64,000 nt of DNA from Oikopleura dioica. Its lineage: Eukaryota; Animalia; Chordata. The notes beneath the pieces were generated by a model. That model made no database searches, was not told the DNA's origin, and saw only the letters and a list, made by a program, of their open reading frames with translations. This document shows positions 38,132 through 53,159 of this stretch, piece after piece. Numbering within the stretch: position 1 is the stretch's first letter; each line of letters begins with the position of its first letter. The position numbers were made by a program, and so were the translations under genes. The stretch lies in assembly GCA_907165135.1 (NCBI GenBank), contig OU015567.1:13640001-13704000 (forward strand). The letters are read 5' to 3'.

Positions 38132-38683
38132 TTTACTGTTTTTCATAAATTTTGTCTTCATATGTGTCGGCATCGACCCACTCTTAACTTCTTGGAATTA
38201 AATACTATTCATTTAAAGTTTCATACATCCACTTTTCATATAATTTTTACTTTGACATTTTGTCGTACGTTCCATTTGGAATTGCTTGCGGTGGCGCCAC
38301 TCAACCCCCGAGCACCATTCAAAAAGCAGGACATCGCGTCTGGGCCCAATCGCCTCCCTATCACTTTTGCTGTGTCATGCTCCGTGACGCGTCTTTCTCC
38401 GACAAAATAACACTCATAATTACGCGAAATTGTCTATTTCTTTACGATCGAGAAATTCTCCTTTCTGTTAGCTCTCATTTGATACCTTATTTAAATCTAT
38501 TTATTCACTGCCATTCTCATCCCTTTTTGTGACCGCCGACGACCAGAGATTCTGGTTGGCCGGAACAATTGCTGCGCTGGACGCGGTTCTGACGCTAGAA
38601 TAGCCTAAACATCTTTATTTAAACAAAGAGAGGAAAAATATTGTGGAAGAACTCTTTGACTTATTGGTAGAAATCGATTTAGA

Positions 38684-40875
38684 ATGAAATTGCTGGGCTG
38701 GGTCTTCTTAGCCTCGGCCACTGCGTCGCTGGCTGGCGTTGTAACGAAAGATATCTTGAAGACCCTGTATTTCCAAAGCGAGCAGAATGCCAAAAGCATT
38801 AAGGACCTTTACTACATTTCACTTATGAACCGTAAGTTGTTTCTTCTATTAAGAGATATTAATAACATGTCTAGCTGAGCACGAAGGAATCGATACAGCC
38901 CGAACATGTCCCATGATCACTGCCGAAGCAGACCGCACCATCGAGCAATTGTACCACACGATGTTCATCACGAAAATGATGAAAGATCTCGCCGGCAAGA
39001 AAGAGTGCAAGTACTCCGTTACATCCAAGGACGAAGACTTGATTTCTGCCAACATGGAGAATCCAGCAAATGTCAAGGATTTCTTCAACGCTATCAACCT
39101 TGAAATTCTCCTCCAAAACGGTTTCGATGGTCAAGTTGTTGTCGACACTTTCGGAAAATTGTTGGAAAAAGATGATTCCGTCCTTGCTGTTACTCTTGTC
39201 ATGCGAGCTGTCATTCAACTCTGGTCTCAGAACAATCAATTGAACTTGGATTCAGTAGCCAAGCATGTCGATATTGCGGATCTTGTCGCTCAGGTAGGAA
39301 CCCATAAAATGCCTCCTTTACACCAATTTTTCCTTTTAGGCCGATGCTTTCGATAACGAGCTCTCCTTCAACAACGAATTTGCAGCTACTTCCAACTTCC
39401 TCTCCGCCGCGTTCAGCTGGGCCGAGTACACAGGCAGATTCGAGCTCAGTGATGACCAACTCCTTGGTTTCTCCAATTTCTTCGTCAACAACTTCCCCGA
39501 AGACAACACCGCTCGATTCTACGCCTTTGAAGCTTTCTCCTTTCTGATCAAAAACAAGTACAAAACTCCTTGCCACGTCGCATGGATTTCTCGAAAGCCG
39601 TTTGTCTCCGCTAACATGCCACTTGTCGCTCAAATTATGACGATCAACGGAGAAGCAGCCGAAGTGCAGGTCTCGGTCAAATCGATGACGCATGTTGAAA
39701 GCAACGAAGTCTACCTCAGCAATTCTAAATTCTCACTTCACGCGCCTAATGAAGAGGGTTGGATGGAAAAGGACTTTAGGTTTGAAATCTCTTCTGTAAT
39801 TAGACATTAATCTACTCATTAGCGATAATACCATGTTCCCTGTCGTCTTTGAGCACCAGTTGCCCACTAACTTGATCCCTGGATACTACGATGTCGAACT
39901 TGAGGTTACAGGAGGCAACTACATTACCGGAAACAACTCTATTCGCCAACGAATCAAGGTCCCACACAGCATTGCGCTCAAAAACGCCCGCATTGCATAC
40001 GCTTCCAAGAGCTCTGTCGAGAAGAAATGGCATACAAGTAATCTAGGGACAATTTCTTCTTGATCTTACGTTTTTAGCTATCCCCAACGACGGTGCCATC
40101 GGAAGCGACGGTAAAATTACAGTCGAATTCGAAGTCGTCAATGAACAAACCTCCGAAAGCCTCACTGCCCACCAGGCTTTTGTCGTTTTCTACAATACGC
40201 ACAATGATGTAGAAACAACCTTTATCGCCGAGAAAAAGAAATCGAAATACGTCGCAAGCGGTAACTGACGTTGTGAATCTCAAGATTTAACATTTTTGTA
40301 GTTGACGTCTCCGGCAACCTTGAATTCGGTGGCAAGAATCAAGTGAAACTTATTGTTGGTGATGCTCTTTTCCACCCAGCAATCAAGACCCACGATTTCG
40401 GAACCCTTTTGGTTAATGGCATCCCTGAGCCAGATGCTGGTAATTTCAACGACCGATATCTTGACAAGGTAATAAGTCGTCATTTCCCTTTTCTAACGCA
40501 TTTTAGTACGACCCGCCAGCTGAGATCCACCATACTTTCCGAGAGCCTGAAGCTCGACCGCCAGTTATGATCTCATTCGTCTTCACTGGCCTCTGCGCTC
40601 TTCCTCTTGTCGGACTTGTTGTTGTCTGGTCTCGACTTGGTGTCAATCTGAGAAGAATGGAAAGCGCCTTCTTGCCCTTCCACATTGCCATTGCTTCGAT
40701 CTTCGGTCTTTACTTCCTTTACTGGCTGAGGGTAAACGTAAATGATAGTAACTCATAATAACCTGATCCCTAGCTGGATATGTTTACAACTCTCAAATAT
40801 CTCGCTCTCCTCGGTTCGGCAACGTTCATTCTCGGCAACCGAGTGCTTTCAACTCTCGCTGGAAAGCCGAAGTAA
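38684..40875 (+). CDS. RPN2: Ribophorin II (OST subunit), multi-exon
   Basis: Signal peptide; C-terminal HHTFREPEARPPVMISFVFTGL...LDMFTTLKYLALLGSATFILGNRVLS matches the RPN2 transmembrane region. Confidence 0.93.
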
Positions 40876-41530
40876 ATCTGGTCTTCAACTCTCCCAGCCG
40901 GATCAACTGGAAATTCTTCATCTTATCCAGTTATTCAAAGTACATAAAGCGACACAACTAAACATGCCCTACTGTCCTGCATAAGTTCCTGTAAAAATTC
41001 TCCTTCTTTCCGGGTCCTTTATTCTTTTAGTTCACGAAACCCAGACCACCTGGTCGATGCAATAAACAAAAATACAGACCTTGTGTGCCAAATTAGTGTC
41101 TTCATTTACGGAATCGGAAAAATCAAAATTTATCGAATTTAATCAATTTCAACACTTCTCTTCCAACGCGAGATTATGCTCAAACATCAAACCTGTGTGC
41201 ATTACATTAGATTCAATTTGTACTTTACTACTGTAAGGAAGTGTCCCCTTCCTGACGCCGTTATCATAGGCAATCTGTCTAGATTTAGACTAGTGCAATA
41301 TTATTGACAATAAATGATCAAAAATATTCAAATCAAAAACGTCTTTTTATCTGCTAGCCGCGATAAATAGCCGTGTTTCTCCTTGGCAGGCATCTATCCA
41401 GTGCATTCGCAGATCGGTTGACAGTTGAAAACGTGTACTCTCCCCACAACTTTTCCCTAATCCCGTTGACATTTCGAAAAACGTCTCGTAAAGCGCACTC
41501 ATTAGTTCTGGTAGCATAGAGATAGATAAA

Positions 41531-43177
41531 ATGAAAGTTTTCTCGTTTTTGGCTACAGGAATTTTAGCGAGATATAACAACTGCCCGCCAGAATGGACAT
41601 TTGATCGCAAGAATACTTGCTGGAGATCTTCTTATGAACCTATTGCGGCGAAAAATGCATATGCCGCTTGCATGGATATGGGCGGGACTTTGTTAGATCC
41701 AAAGGACATGCACTGGAATGAAGGATTGTTTGATAAAAATATAGAAAAAATTTTAACAACTTTGGAAACAACAAACAGTGGCAATGCGGGGTGATCGCCG
41801 ATATTGGGCAGCCTTTAAAAAGACGAATGTTGCGCGAGGAAACATAACAGATTATATCCAGTACGGAAAGTTCGAAACCAACTTTTTCTGGTACACGCAT
41901 ATGGAGCACGGTCATCTTTTACCGGGAAATTTGACGGAGTTCCTTCTTAGCGAGCCTTTCGACGGGTTGTCTTTGAATGATTGTTTAGTCAAGGTTTCAA
42001 AATTTTTGAACACAAGAGAAACTCAAGACTCTTGAAAGTTTCTTCTGCTATTCACTCTTTTGAAGTTTTAAAACCTTGTAAATAGAAGTTTACAATGCGG
42101 CGTACCGGAATAAAATGATCATGCGAGGTGGAACCCGATATGCTCCTGTCTGGGGTGCTACAGACTGTTTTCAGAAAGACGTTTACGCTCTTTGTGGCAG
42201 AGGTAATAATTTTACATTATTTGTCTTGGGCAATCAAGGGACCATAATTGCGTTAGAAATTCTAACGCTCGGTCATTCTTGATCCCCTGTCCGATTGCGC
42301 CGCTGATGTTCAATTATTTTTCGTCAACCGAGTATTTCATGCGGATACAATTGACAAGCATATGTCTGAGGCCAATTGACTAGCCAAGATAATTCTGGCT
42401 CGTCGGTACTCCCAAACAAGGAGACTCATAACCCTGAACTAAGAATGTGTGGACTGCACGAACGAACACCCTGACTGTCCCGACGGGTGGGAACTCGACC
42501 ACGAAGGTTGGTGTTACAGAATGTCTCCAGACAGAAAGAATTGGAAGGACGCAGTGAAAGATTGTGCCTCTCGAGGAGGGGAACTTGCTCATGCAGGAAC
42601 GAGTCCATCATATTCAGAATAAAAGAAAAGATTCTATTTGATAGAATATCAGGCAGTGAAACTCATCAAAAGATTCATTTACTTACGATCATCTGATCCG
42701 CGATGTCCAAGCTCACAATTACATAGATCGTTGGGGAGCTACAAAAGCCCCAGGTTTGTGAACTTATTAGACCATAATTTTTCTATTTCTAAAGGCTTAT
42801 GGATCGGCGTTGGCTGGGATATCAAGTATGGAAATGGGTGGCTCTACACAAACGGAACAAAAATCAAGTGGCATAACTTTCTTCGTGATTTACCTGATAA
42901 TCTCTATGCGTAAGTCAAACATTTCCTTGCAATTTAATCGTGAAAATATAGAAACGGCGAGTTCTGCGTCGAGCTTAGAGGTGAACGACCGCTTTATGAG
43001 GTTCCTCTGGCCGAGCATGCGAAGGTTTGAAAAGCTTCTATCAGCCGAATCTAATTTTCTAAGCTAAAATATTACCCGCACTGGAATGACGCGATCTGCT
43101 CGGATGAAAAGCACTATGTCTGTCGAAAACGAAAAGACGCACCAGACGATCCTCTTCCTGAACCTGATCTTCAGTAA
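41531..43177 (+). CDS. Secreted multi-domain C-type lectin protein
   Basis: Signal peptide; CPPEWTF...CW...C...GGTL and CPDGWEL...CY...WKDAVKDCASRGGELA; LWIGV; WNDAIC...YVC. Confidence 0.8.
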
Positions 43178-43553
43178 GCTTTTTATGATATGCTACTTTC
43201 CAGGATTTGCTTTTTAGCATGTTTTCCAGCTTCAAGATGACAAGCGTCAACATGTTTCTTCTTCTTCCTGCTCTATATACTGTTTTAGGCCAATAAATCT
43301 CAGTCTTTTCTTTACTCTAATTTTTTGCTTATTCTTTGATACGAATCAATTAACAAAAAATTCGAATCTAAAAGCGAAAAATCGTTTGGTCCAACACGTT
43401 CAGCGAATTAGACCACGGCAACCACGACATTTGTTCCAGCAAGGGGCGCGTAATTCAGCACGACGAATTAGCTAGTATATAATCTCGCCACTTTGATATC
43501 GAAATCATCAAATCTTGAATATACAAGAAAAAGAAAAAAGTAAAACTTCCAGT

Positions 43554-44349
43554 ATGAAATTTTCCGCTGCATCTTTGACTGCTTTCGTCTCAGGTAAGAA
43601 ATGAAAACAACAACGAAGAGAATTCAAGACAAGATAAATTTGAAAAGATATTTACCGATTTCTTCAGCTCAACGAGGATTCGATCCTACTGAAAGTGAAA
43701 GAGTCGACAACTCGGTTCGTCGATACTTTCAGCTTACCACCATGATGGAGCACGTCAACCCCGAATTCGACGAGAAAAAATACTGGACTTACGGATGCAA
43801 CTGTCTTGTTCTCGGTAAAAAATCAACAACGACAATTCAATTTTCTAATATAAATTTAAGGTGACCGACCCATGTCTGACCCCGGCAAAGGACAACCAGT
43901 TGATGAGCTCGACTCTGTTTGCAAAGCCTACAAGGATTGCATCAAGTGTGCCAAAAAGACTCACGGAGAAATGTGTCTTCCTGAGTTTGTCGAGTACAAG
44001 TTCCGAATCGCAAAGTCCGATGAAATCATCTGCCGAGATGACAAGGGCTCTTGTGGACGAGACTTGTGCATGTGCGACAAGATGTTTGCCCAAAGTAAGA
44101 TTTGAGCATATACGACAGCTACTCAAATCAATTTTAGAGCACGCATCTGTCAAGGACGTCTTTGACGAACAATACCACATGTTCTGGGCGCCAAACGGCT
44201 GGGAACCCGCTGAACAATGCTTCAGAAAAGGCAACCAGTACTCCGATCCTCAGTGCTGTGGAGGTTCAACATCGCCATTTGTTCAGTTCAACGGAAACAG
44301 AAAAGAATGCTGCGCGGATGGTTCAGTCGCGATGATCGGATCATGCTAG
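43554..44349 (+). CDS. Secreted phospholipase-A2-fold protein, likely non-catalytic (4 exons)
   Basis: Signal peptide MKFSAASLTAFVS; YWTYGCNC, PVDELDSVCKAYKDC, LCMCDKMFA, Cys-rich tail; TATATAA about 75 nt upstream. Confidence 0.8.
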
Positions 44350-44717
44350 TTCTTTTGTATTTTTCTGTTTTATCTGACGAGGTTCCTTTCTTTAGGAATT
44401 TATTTGAATAAAAATGCAAAATCTCTTAACAACTTTGTCTTTCTTGATATTAGAAACATTATCGCTTGTTGAGCTTGAAATTTTTTTCTACTAGAATTTC
44501 ACTCGTTTAAATTTGCTTGAAAATGTTTATGTTGAGATATTCTTATGAAAATCAATTTAACCTAAGCGGTCAGCGGGAATATTTTTGAACCCCGACCGCG
44601 GGGCATGTTGAAGTTTGTAACCCCGCTAGAATCATTGCGTTCCTTTTTCTGTAAAAGAAATTTCAACGAGAACAGATGTAAACAAGGGAGAGATCTGACA
44701 CTTATTGAAAGAGAAAG

Positions 44718-47700
44718 ATGGTTTCCAAGAGTAGAAACCGATCGAAGGTTCACTATTCCGCCATAGACGATGACCTGGATTACGAAGATATAGAAGACGA
44801 GAATGGAATAAATCTTTCGGATCTTCCTCGTCTTACCGAGGAACAGGTCTACCTGCCCCATCGTCGACGAGATTCAAAGTTTCACAAATCATCTGGGCTC
44901 GGCCAACTTGAAAACTTTCTCGGTCGATTTGAGCTTCCGAGAAAGAAATTCCAAGCCGCAGTTCTATCGATTCTGTCTTTCGGATTTTTGATCCTGATTA
45001 TTTTGAAAATAGGCCTTGCCGGAAAACAATGCCAAAGCATCGATCAACTGAGAGATCAGAAGGCTATTCATGATGCTCTCAAAAATGAGACCGAGTGTAA
45101 ATCATCAACTGGAGATCCTTTTCCTTGGCAGAAATACCGTCTTCCAGGCGAGAGTATTCCAAGTGCGTATTATCTTTTCTTCTATCCGGATCCGGAAACC
45201 AACACGTTCTCTGGAAGTGTCGACATCATCTTTGAGCAAAGTGCAAAAGGAAAGTACATCGCCCTTCACGCTCGCAATCTGAACATCAGATACTTATCCA
45301 TCTTCGAATGCAACGAGTACGATGTTGACTGCTACGGTGATAATGACTCTCGAAGAAGTCAAGAAGATGTCGAAGATTTTTTCGTCAGCTGCGAAGAACT
45401 AGGAATGCTTGTTATAAAAATGAGGAAAGATCTTTTGCCAGGAAGAAAATACAACATCAACATTCGTTACTCTTCAACTCTTCCTGTTCCTGGACTGATT
45501 CTTCAAAAATACCAAACCGGACCTTCTCAATTCGAGCAATATCTTGCGAGCGATTTTATGCCCAACAAAGCTCGCAATGTTTTCCCTTGCTTTGACGAGC
45601 CCGAGTACCAAGCGAAATTCACACTCGAAGTCGTGAGAAGAAAGGACGAAAAGGTCTTTTTCAACTCTGGCTTCTCAAGAAAATATCCATACGCCAAAAA
45701 CTCTGGACAAACTGGCAAATTTGGCCTGTCTCAAGCTGTGCAATCACATGAAGTCGATACTTTCGAAACAACCGAGCCTGTTCCTTTGTATTCCCTTGGC
45801 TTCGTTATTGGTAAATTTGAAACAACCACTATCAGCGATGGTAATTTTTTGATGTCTACTGTCAGCGGAATCTCTTCAAATCACGCACTAGCATTTTCAC
45901 AACGAGTGGCGAAACTTGCTGAACGGCTTCAAGTCTGGTCTGGCAAAGAATTCACGTCTCAGATGAGATTTGTTCTTCTCCCGAATTATGTCAAGAATAG
46001 TATTTTTCAACCTAAAGGACTCGCTCTTCTTCCGCTGTCTACATTTACAAAGGCCAATTATGAAATCGACTATCAAATTGCTTTAGGTTTGAGTAATAGT
46101 AACCTGACATAACTGTAAACATAATTTTAGAACTTACTCAGTTGATGTTTCACTCTGGTACAATCAAATGGTGGGATCATCTTTGGCAAGATGCAGGAAT
46201 TTTCCAGTCGATTGCATCGAGCCTTCTGAATGACTTCGATAAAAATATCATCCTTTCGGAAAAACGCCATGAAGTGTTTTCGCATCAATCATTCTTTACT
46301 CTCGCGAATCTGACGATCGATTCTGAAGGTAAAAAGAAGCCATGATTTGTCAAATAATATTAAATTCTAGCGCTAATGTCTGATGCATTTTCAACGTTTT
46401 CCTCTTACCGATGGGGCCTCGTGTTAAATCTATTCTCGGACTTTTTTCAAATGAAGTTTGGAAGTGATCTCTTGCAGACAACAGTTGCTGACGATACTTT
46501 TGAAAATACAGTTTTCGAAAATGAAGGGTTGATTAAGAAAGTGAAATCTTCTCTTGGCATTGATTTGATTTCAATGGCGACTGAGTGGAACTTGAAGGAT
46601 ATTCCGGTTTTGGGAATTGATACTATTGGCGGAAAAATCGAATTTACAAAATCTGGTACTTATTTACATAACTTCTTATCAATAATAGCTATTAAGATAA
46701 CTCGTTACTACTACCTGTCAGATATCAAGTAGACGAGACTTGCTGCCATGAAGCTCTGATCAAGGAAAAATCGCAAGCATTCGATACGGGAATTCTACCA
46801 TCTTTTGTTGCTAGCAAAGGAACTCTTCAGCTGGGTTACCGGATTCAATATTCCACGCAGGTCTTTGATATCATCGAGAAATCTTTGGAAACAGCAGAAG
46901 ACAAGAATACCATTTTGACCGAGATCGAACGAGCGATGTTTTTCCAGGACGCCTTTTATTTTGCAAAAATAGGAATGGATTATATAATCTGAAAACTGCA
47001 TAATCTGATGATGATTTATTTTAATTCTCATAAAGGCCAGCTAAACTACAAAAACTCATTCGTCTCATGTCAACTTTGCATAGTGAGCGCTCAGAAATAG
47101 TCTGGAGAACTGCACTCGAATGCATGCGCTGGATCGACATTCAAATTTCATCTTCGTTCGATGTTAGAGAACAGTTCTGGTTTTCCAAATTCATGGTGGA
47201 AAAACTGAGACATGCGCTTCAAATAGGCGAGACTGAGGATTTCAAAGTTACTCTCTGGTTCTTTATCACGTTTTACTTTCGTTCTAGCTTTACATCCAAC
47301 GATGGCTATACTATTATGGCGCAGAAACGAGTCTTACGGCGAATATTGACACAGTAGATGAGCTTTTCGAAGATGGGGCTGATCTCAAGCTCCTTTGCAA
47401 CGTATTATTCCTCGATTCTGATCTTTACCAGGAAGTTTTCAATCATTTCAACTCTACAGCTGATCCCTTGAAATCCGAACTATTACTGAACAGTCTTTTC
47501 TGGAACGGGTCTATCTACCACATGTATAATTTTTAATACCGCAAAAAATTGTGCTGATTTCGACCCTCATAAAGCGTGCAAGACCTTCACAAAATGGAAG
47601 AAATCCTTTCTCGGTCTCTCAAGGATGGCCAACTCATCGGGCCTCATGTCTGCTCATTCCTCGAGCAGCTTAGTGCTCACCGATATGGTCATTCCATCGC

Positions 47701-48049
47701 TGAAGACTATCTTGATGCATTTTGGGACGATTTCGTTCGACGATGCCCAATTATGAGCGATAGTTTCAGAAAGATTTTGCTGAACTTGGGCGAGTACAAT
47801 CTTGATCACAGATCATCGGTAAGGAGTTTTAATATCCCTCTTGATTGAAGTTAATCTTAGGTATCCGACTGGATCAGCGAGAAGATAGGCGAAAAGAGGA
47901 TCTCCCCGATCCTGAGAAACTTCTTTTCCGAGCTTGAAAAGAAGACAGATGAGCGGCTTCTTTGGCAAAAGAACACCCAGCAGTATTTCGTGTGTTGGCT
48001 GCGTCAGTATTATCACTCGAACTCAAATGCTCACAAGTGTGAAACATAG
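44718..48049 (+). CDS. Type II membrane M1-family aminopeptidase-like protein with a degenerate active site
   Basis: N-terminal TM helix, YRLPGESIPSAYYL, ARNVFPCFDEPEYQAKF, KWWDHLW. The HEXXH position reads LELTQ. Confidence 0.88.
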
Positions 48050-48606
48050 CTGACTTTACTATGATACTATATTTATTTACGATTCATTTGTATATTGCAC
48101 TGCCAAAATAAATTGTATTCAATGAAAGGAGAGTAAAGAGGATAAAGGTTTATTTTTTCTAGTAATTAAAGGCTTTCGCTTTCTTCATGATTCAGTTTAA
48201 AAACCCAAGAAAATTTGGAGGCATGGCGATAATAAACCACGATGAAGTTTTTGTTTCATTTTGTAAAAGAGGGCGCTTCACTGGACTTCTCACAGCGGGG
48301 AGCGACATCCGATGCAGGATCGAACTAGTCGACTCGTTCATTTAATATAACTTCTACCGTAGGGCGTTAGGAAAAAAAGCGGCCAGCGATAAACTCTGGG
48401 ACTGTCACTAAACTAATGGGGAAAGTTACAATCCTGTAATAAAATCATGAAATGAATTGCGAAAGACTTGCAAATAAAAGGAAGCATTTTACTGCGATAG
48501 ACGCGCGTCTTCGGCAGTATGGTCGTTAAATTCAAGCCCAAGAATGTATTGAATCAGTGAAATTACAGAGAAAACACAGTCAGGCTCTTTTCTGGGGTTC
48601 CAACAT

Positions 48607-49367
<761 letters not shown>

Positions 49368-49461
49368 AACGTCCTATCCGATCTGAACAAAGAAGGTGAT
49401 TAGAAACAAAGTCCCTGAAGGATCGTGGTGTTTTGAAGCAAAAACAGCGACACAGAGCGAT

Positions 49462-50254
<793 letters not shown>

Positions 50255-50414
50255 GGTTATATTTTAAGATCCGAGTTCTATAATGAAAGACGATTAGCCA
50301 CTAGTTCACGAAGATGCCTTCATGATTAGGGTGAATAACCGTCAATTTTTTGATGTGCAACATCAAAGCACGGATTATTTCCCTTGCACAGAAAGGATTT
50401 ATTCTTTGTGCAGT

Positions 50415-50962
50415 TTATGCGACAAGTGCGGAGGCGGTGGCAGACTCGTACTTGAAGTTTGGTGGGACAACACCCTTCTCTCGGTAGTATCGAGCAAGTC
50501 GGTGGATTCGAGACTCGATAAGAATCAATCGGAATTTACCGTCCTTGTCCTAGAAGATAAGTTAGTGACCCATATAGGAAAAAGGGGAAGTTTACCTTTC
50601 GGTTTCGCTCGAGATGCTTTCGCATACCGACGGCCTTTCGGATCATGAAGTAGAGATCCTCTGGGAGTTCAGGAGCAGCGCCCATGGACTTGAGGACTCG
50701 GAGGATCTTGGATCCGGTGAGGTAGTGGGACTTGCCAACACCGTGGGTGTCTCGGAGGTGGACACCGATGAGAGAAGGCTTGTAACCTTGAAGTAACTTT
50801 GTAAGCATGAAAATTTTGGAATCGAAATTTACCCTTCTTGGCGAGCTTGGCAATGATGTCCTTGACTTCCTCGGCGGAGGTCTTCTGCCAGGATGGGACA
50901 GATCGTCGGTAAGGGAGGGCGGATCCGGAGATACCCTTTCCTGGTGCGTGCATTCGGCCCAT
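50415..50962 (-). CDS. RPS13: 40S ribosomal protein S13 (uS15), 3 exons
   Basis: [25 protein letters not shown]...[14 protein letters not shown]|[15 protein letters not shown]. Confidence 0.98.
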
Positions 50963-51070
50963 GGCGAAGTAGTTTTAAATCCGGCTTCTAAAAGTGTCGA
51001 AAGTTAGCAAAACAGTTGTAACCGGAGCTCTCAATTGATCGCACAGGGTCAGATTCAGGACAGAAGACGT

Positions 51071-51794
51071 TTATTTCTTGCCGGGGAGGATGATACCGTC
51101 GTACTTCTTCTGGAACCAGACCATGGAGTCCTTGGCGGTGAGTCGGTGCTGCTTGCCGATCTTGGCCTTGCATCGTCGTCGCTTGGAGATACCGTAGCCG
51201 GCTCGCTTCATGACGACGTAGAAGTCCATACCGTAGATACCTAAACGAAGGAAAAGGGGTTGTTTAGGACCGACTTTGGCCTCCCCAGCCTCAAGATTCA
51301 ATGAAGAAAAGAGGTAAATAAATTATCTTTCAATCACGGAGCGATTTCAAAATAACGGGGAGGCCCTCAACCAACTCACCGATGCCGGGATCGTATTTGA
51401 TTCCAAGATCGATGTGTTCCTGGACACCGAAGCCGAAGGCACCAGTGGTGGAGAAGTTGCCCATCTTGAGTTCGTATTCCTTGACCTTGAGTCCCTTGTC
51501 AAGGATCTCTTCGGCCTTGGAGCCTCGGACGGTGCAGTGGCACGAGATCTTTTCGTTACGTCGGATACCGAAGGTTCGGACGGTGTATCGGGCCTAAGAA
51601 GGACATTAAAATTGGAATGATTATGAAAAGATCACCTTGGAGAAGACAGGGGTCTGGCCAGTAAGCTGTTCCAAGACCTTGGCAGCTCGAGTAAGTCTAT
51701 CACCAGACTCACCGACACAGATGTTCAAGCAGAGCTTGTCGATGACCATATCCCGCATGGGGTTGGCATTCTTGTCCTTCTTGGCTTCGGTCAT
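51071..51794 (-). CDS. RPL11: 60S ribosomal protein L11 (uL5), 3 exons
   Basis: [43 protein letters not shown]|ARYT...IG|IYGMDFYVV...WFQKKYDG. Confidence 0.98.
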
Positions 51795-51893
51795 TTTTTA
51801 CTGTCCGTTCGGTCTAAAAAGATAATTTCGTTAGATTCTAATGTGACTTTTTTATCACGGGTTTATCAAAATGAACAGGCAGGAACGGTAAAA

Positions 51894-52485
51894 TTACTGC
51901 TGCATCTTGACAGACTCTTCGGTGTGCTTGTCAGCAGCCTGTCGAGCGGCTCGGCTGGCGGCGCGGGACTCGAGCATGGCCTTTCGGTCCTTGTCGAGCT
52001 TCAGCTTGGTGATGACACAGTTGGATGGGTGGATGCCAACGTTGACGGTGGTGCCGTTGATCTTCTCTCGCTGGGTTCGCTCGATGTGGACGACGAACTT
52101 CTTTCGGTAGACAGAGGTGACTCGGCCGGTCGACTGTCCCTTGTAGTGGCCTCGGACAACCATGACCTGAAGAAGTCTTTAGTTTCTGAAAAGCGGAAAA
52201 ATATCTTACCTCGTCATCCTTTCGGATTGGGAGAGATCGGACGTTGTACTTGGATCGGAGTTCCTTGGAAAGAGGAGCGGACATGATCTACCGGCAAGTT
52301 AGAGAATCGAGAGAGTTAGAAATCGCCCCGCAATCAAAAATGAATGCAAGACCCTAGCACCGAGCAAGAATGATTCGAGCTGGTGGGATTTTCTAACTTC
52401 CCTTGCGTCGGAGATGGGAAGGAGCGTTGAAGTGTCGGCATCGCTGCTTTCTTCGGGATCCGGAGACGGCTGTGTTAAGCTTCAT
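51894..52485 (-). CDS. RPL26: 60S ribosomal protein L26 (uL24), 3 exons; first intron is GG-AG
   Basis: [28 protein letters not shown]|[26 protein letters not shown]|[10 protein letters not shown]...GIHPSN. Confidence 0.98.
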
Positions 52486-52657
52486 TTTTGGTTAAGCCGA
52501 TTAATTATCTGAAAAGGAAGGAAGTTAGGCTAAAAATCCGCTTGAGACAAGTTAAATTTCAGAAAGAGCAAAAGTTTTGCCAAAACTCAGGAAAAATAAA
52601 CTTGCACAAGGTCCGTTCGTGCTGTAACACAAGCAGAGCAAGACGAAAAAAAGGGAT

Positions 52658-53064
52658 TTAGTCGCAGATGGTGACTTCGACGTCGATGCCGGGGTCGATG
52701 GACATCTGGGTGATCTGTCGGACCTTCTCGGTGGAGGAGACCAAGTCGATCACACGCTTGTGGATTCGCATCTGGTATCGATCCCAGGTCTTGGAACCTT
52801 CACCATTGGGAGTCTTTCGAGTGGTGATTCGAAGAGTCTTGGTGGGCTGTCGGATGGGTCCCTAAAATTATTCGATCATCTTTCCGGTCGTGGGAAATAT
52901 AGAAGACTTACCTTGACCTTGAGGCCCTTGTCCTTGCCGGATCGGACGATCTCGTTGGAGATGCGCTCGATCGCCTTGCAGTTCTTGGAGGAAATGGTGA
53001 TTCGGATTCTGTGATTAGGATCCTCCTCCTGTTGGATGTCCTCCTTCTTAGGTTCGTACGACAT
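52658..53064 (-). CDS. RPS20: 40S ribosomal protein S20 (uS10), 2 exons
   Basis: [11 protein letters not shown]...KVK|[40 protein letters not shown]. Confidence 0.98.
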
Positions 53065-53159
53065 TTTTTCCGTCTCTCCTGACCGACTTTATGCCGCTGC
53101 AAAAGAGGTGAGTCAGACGCTTGTCTAAAAACAAACGATTTAGCATTCAATTTATCTAT

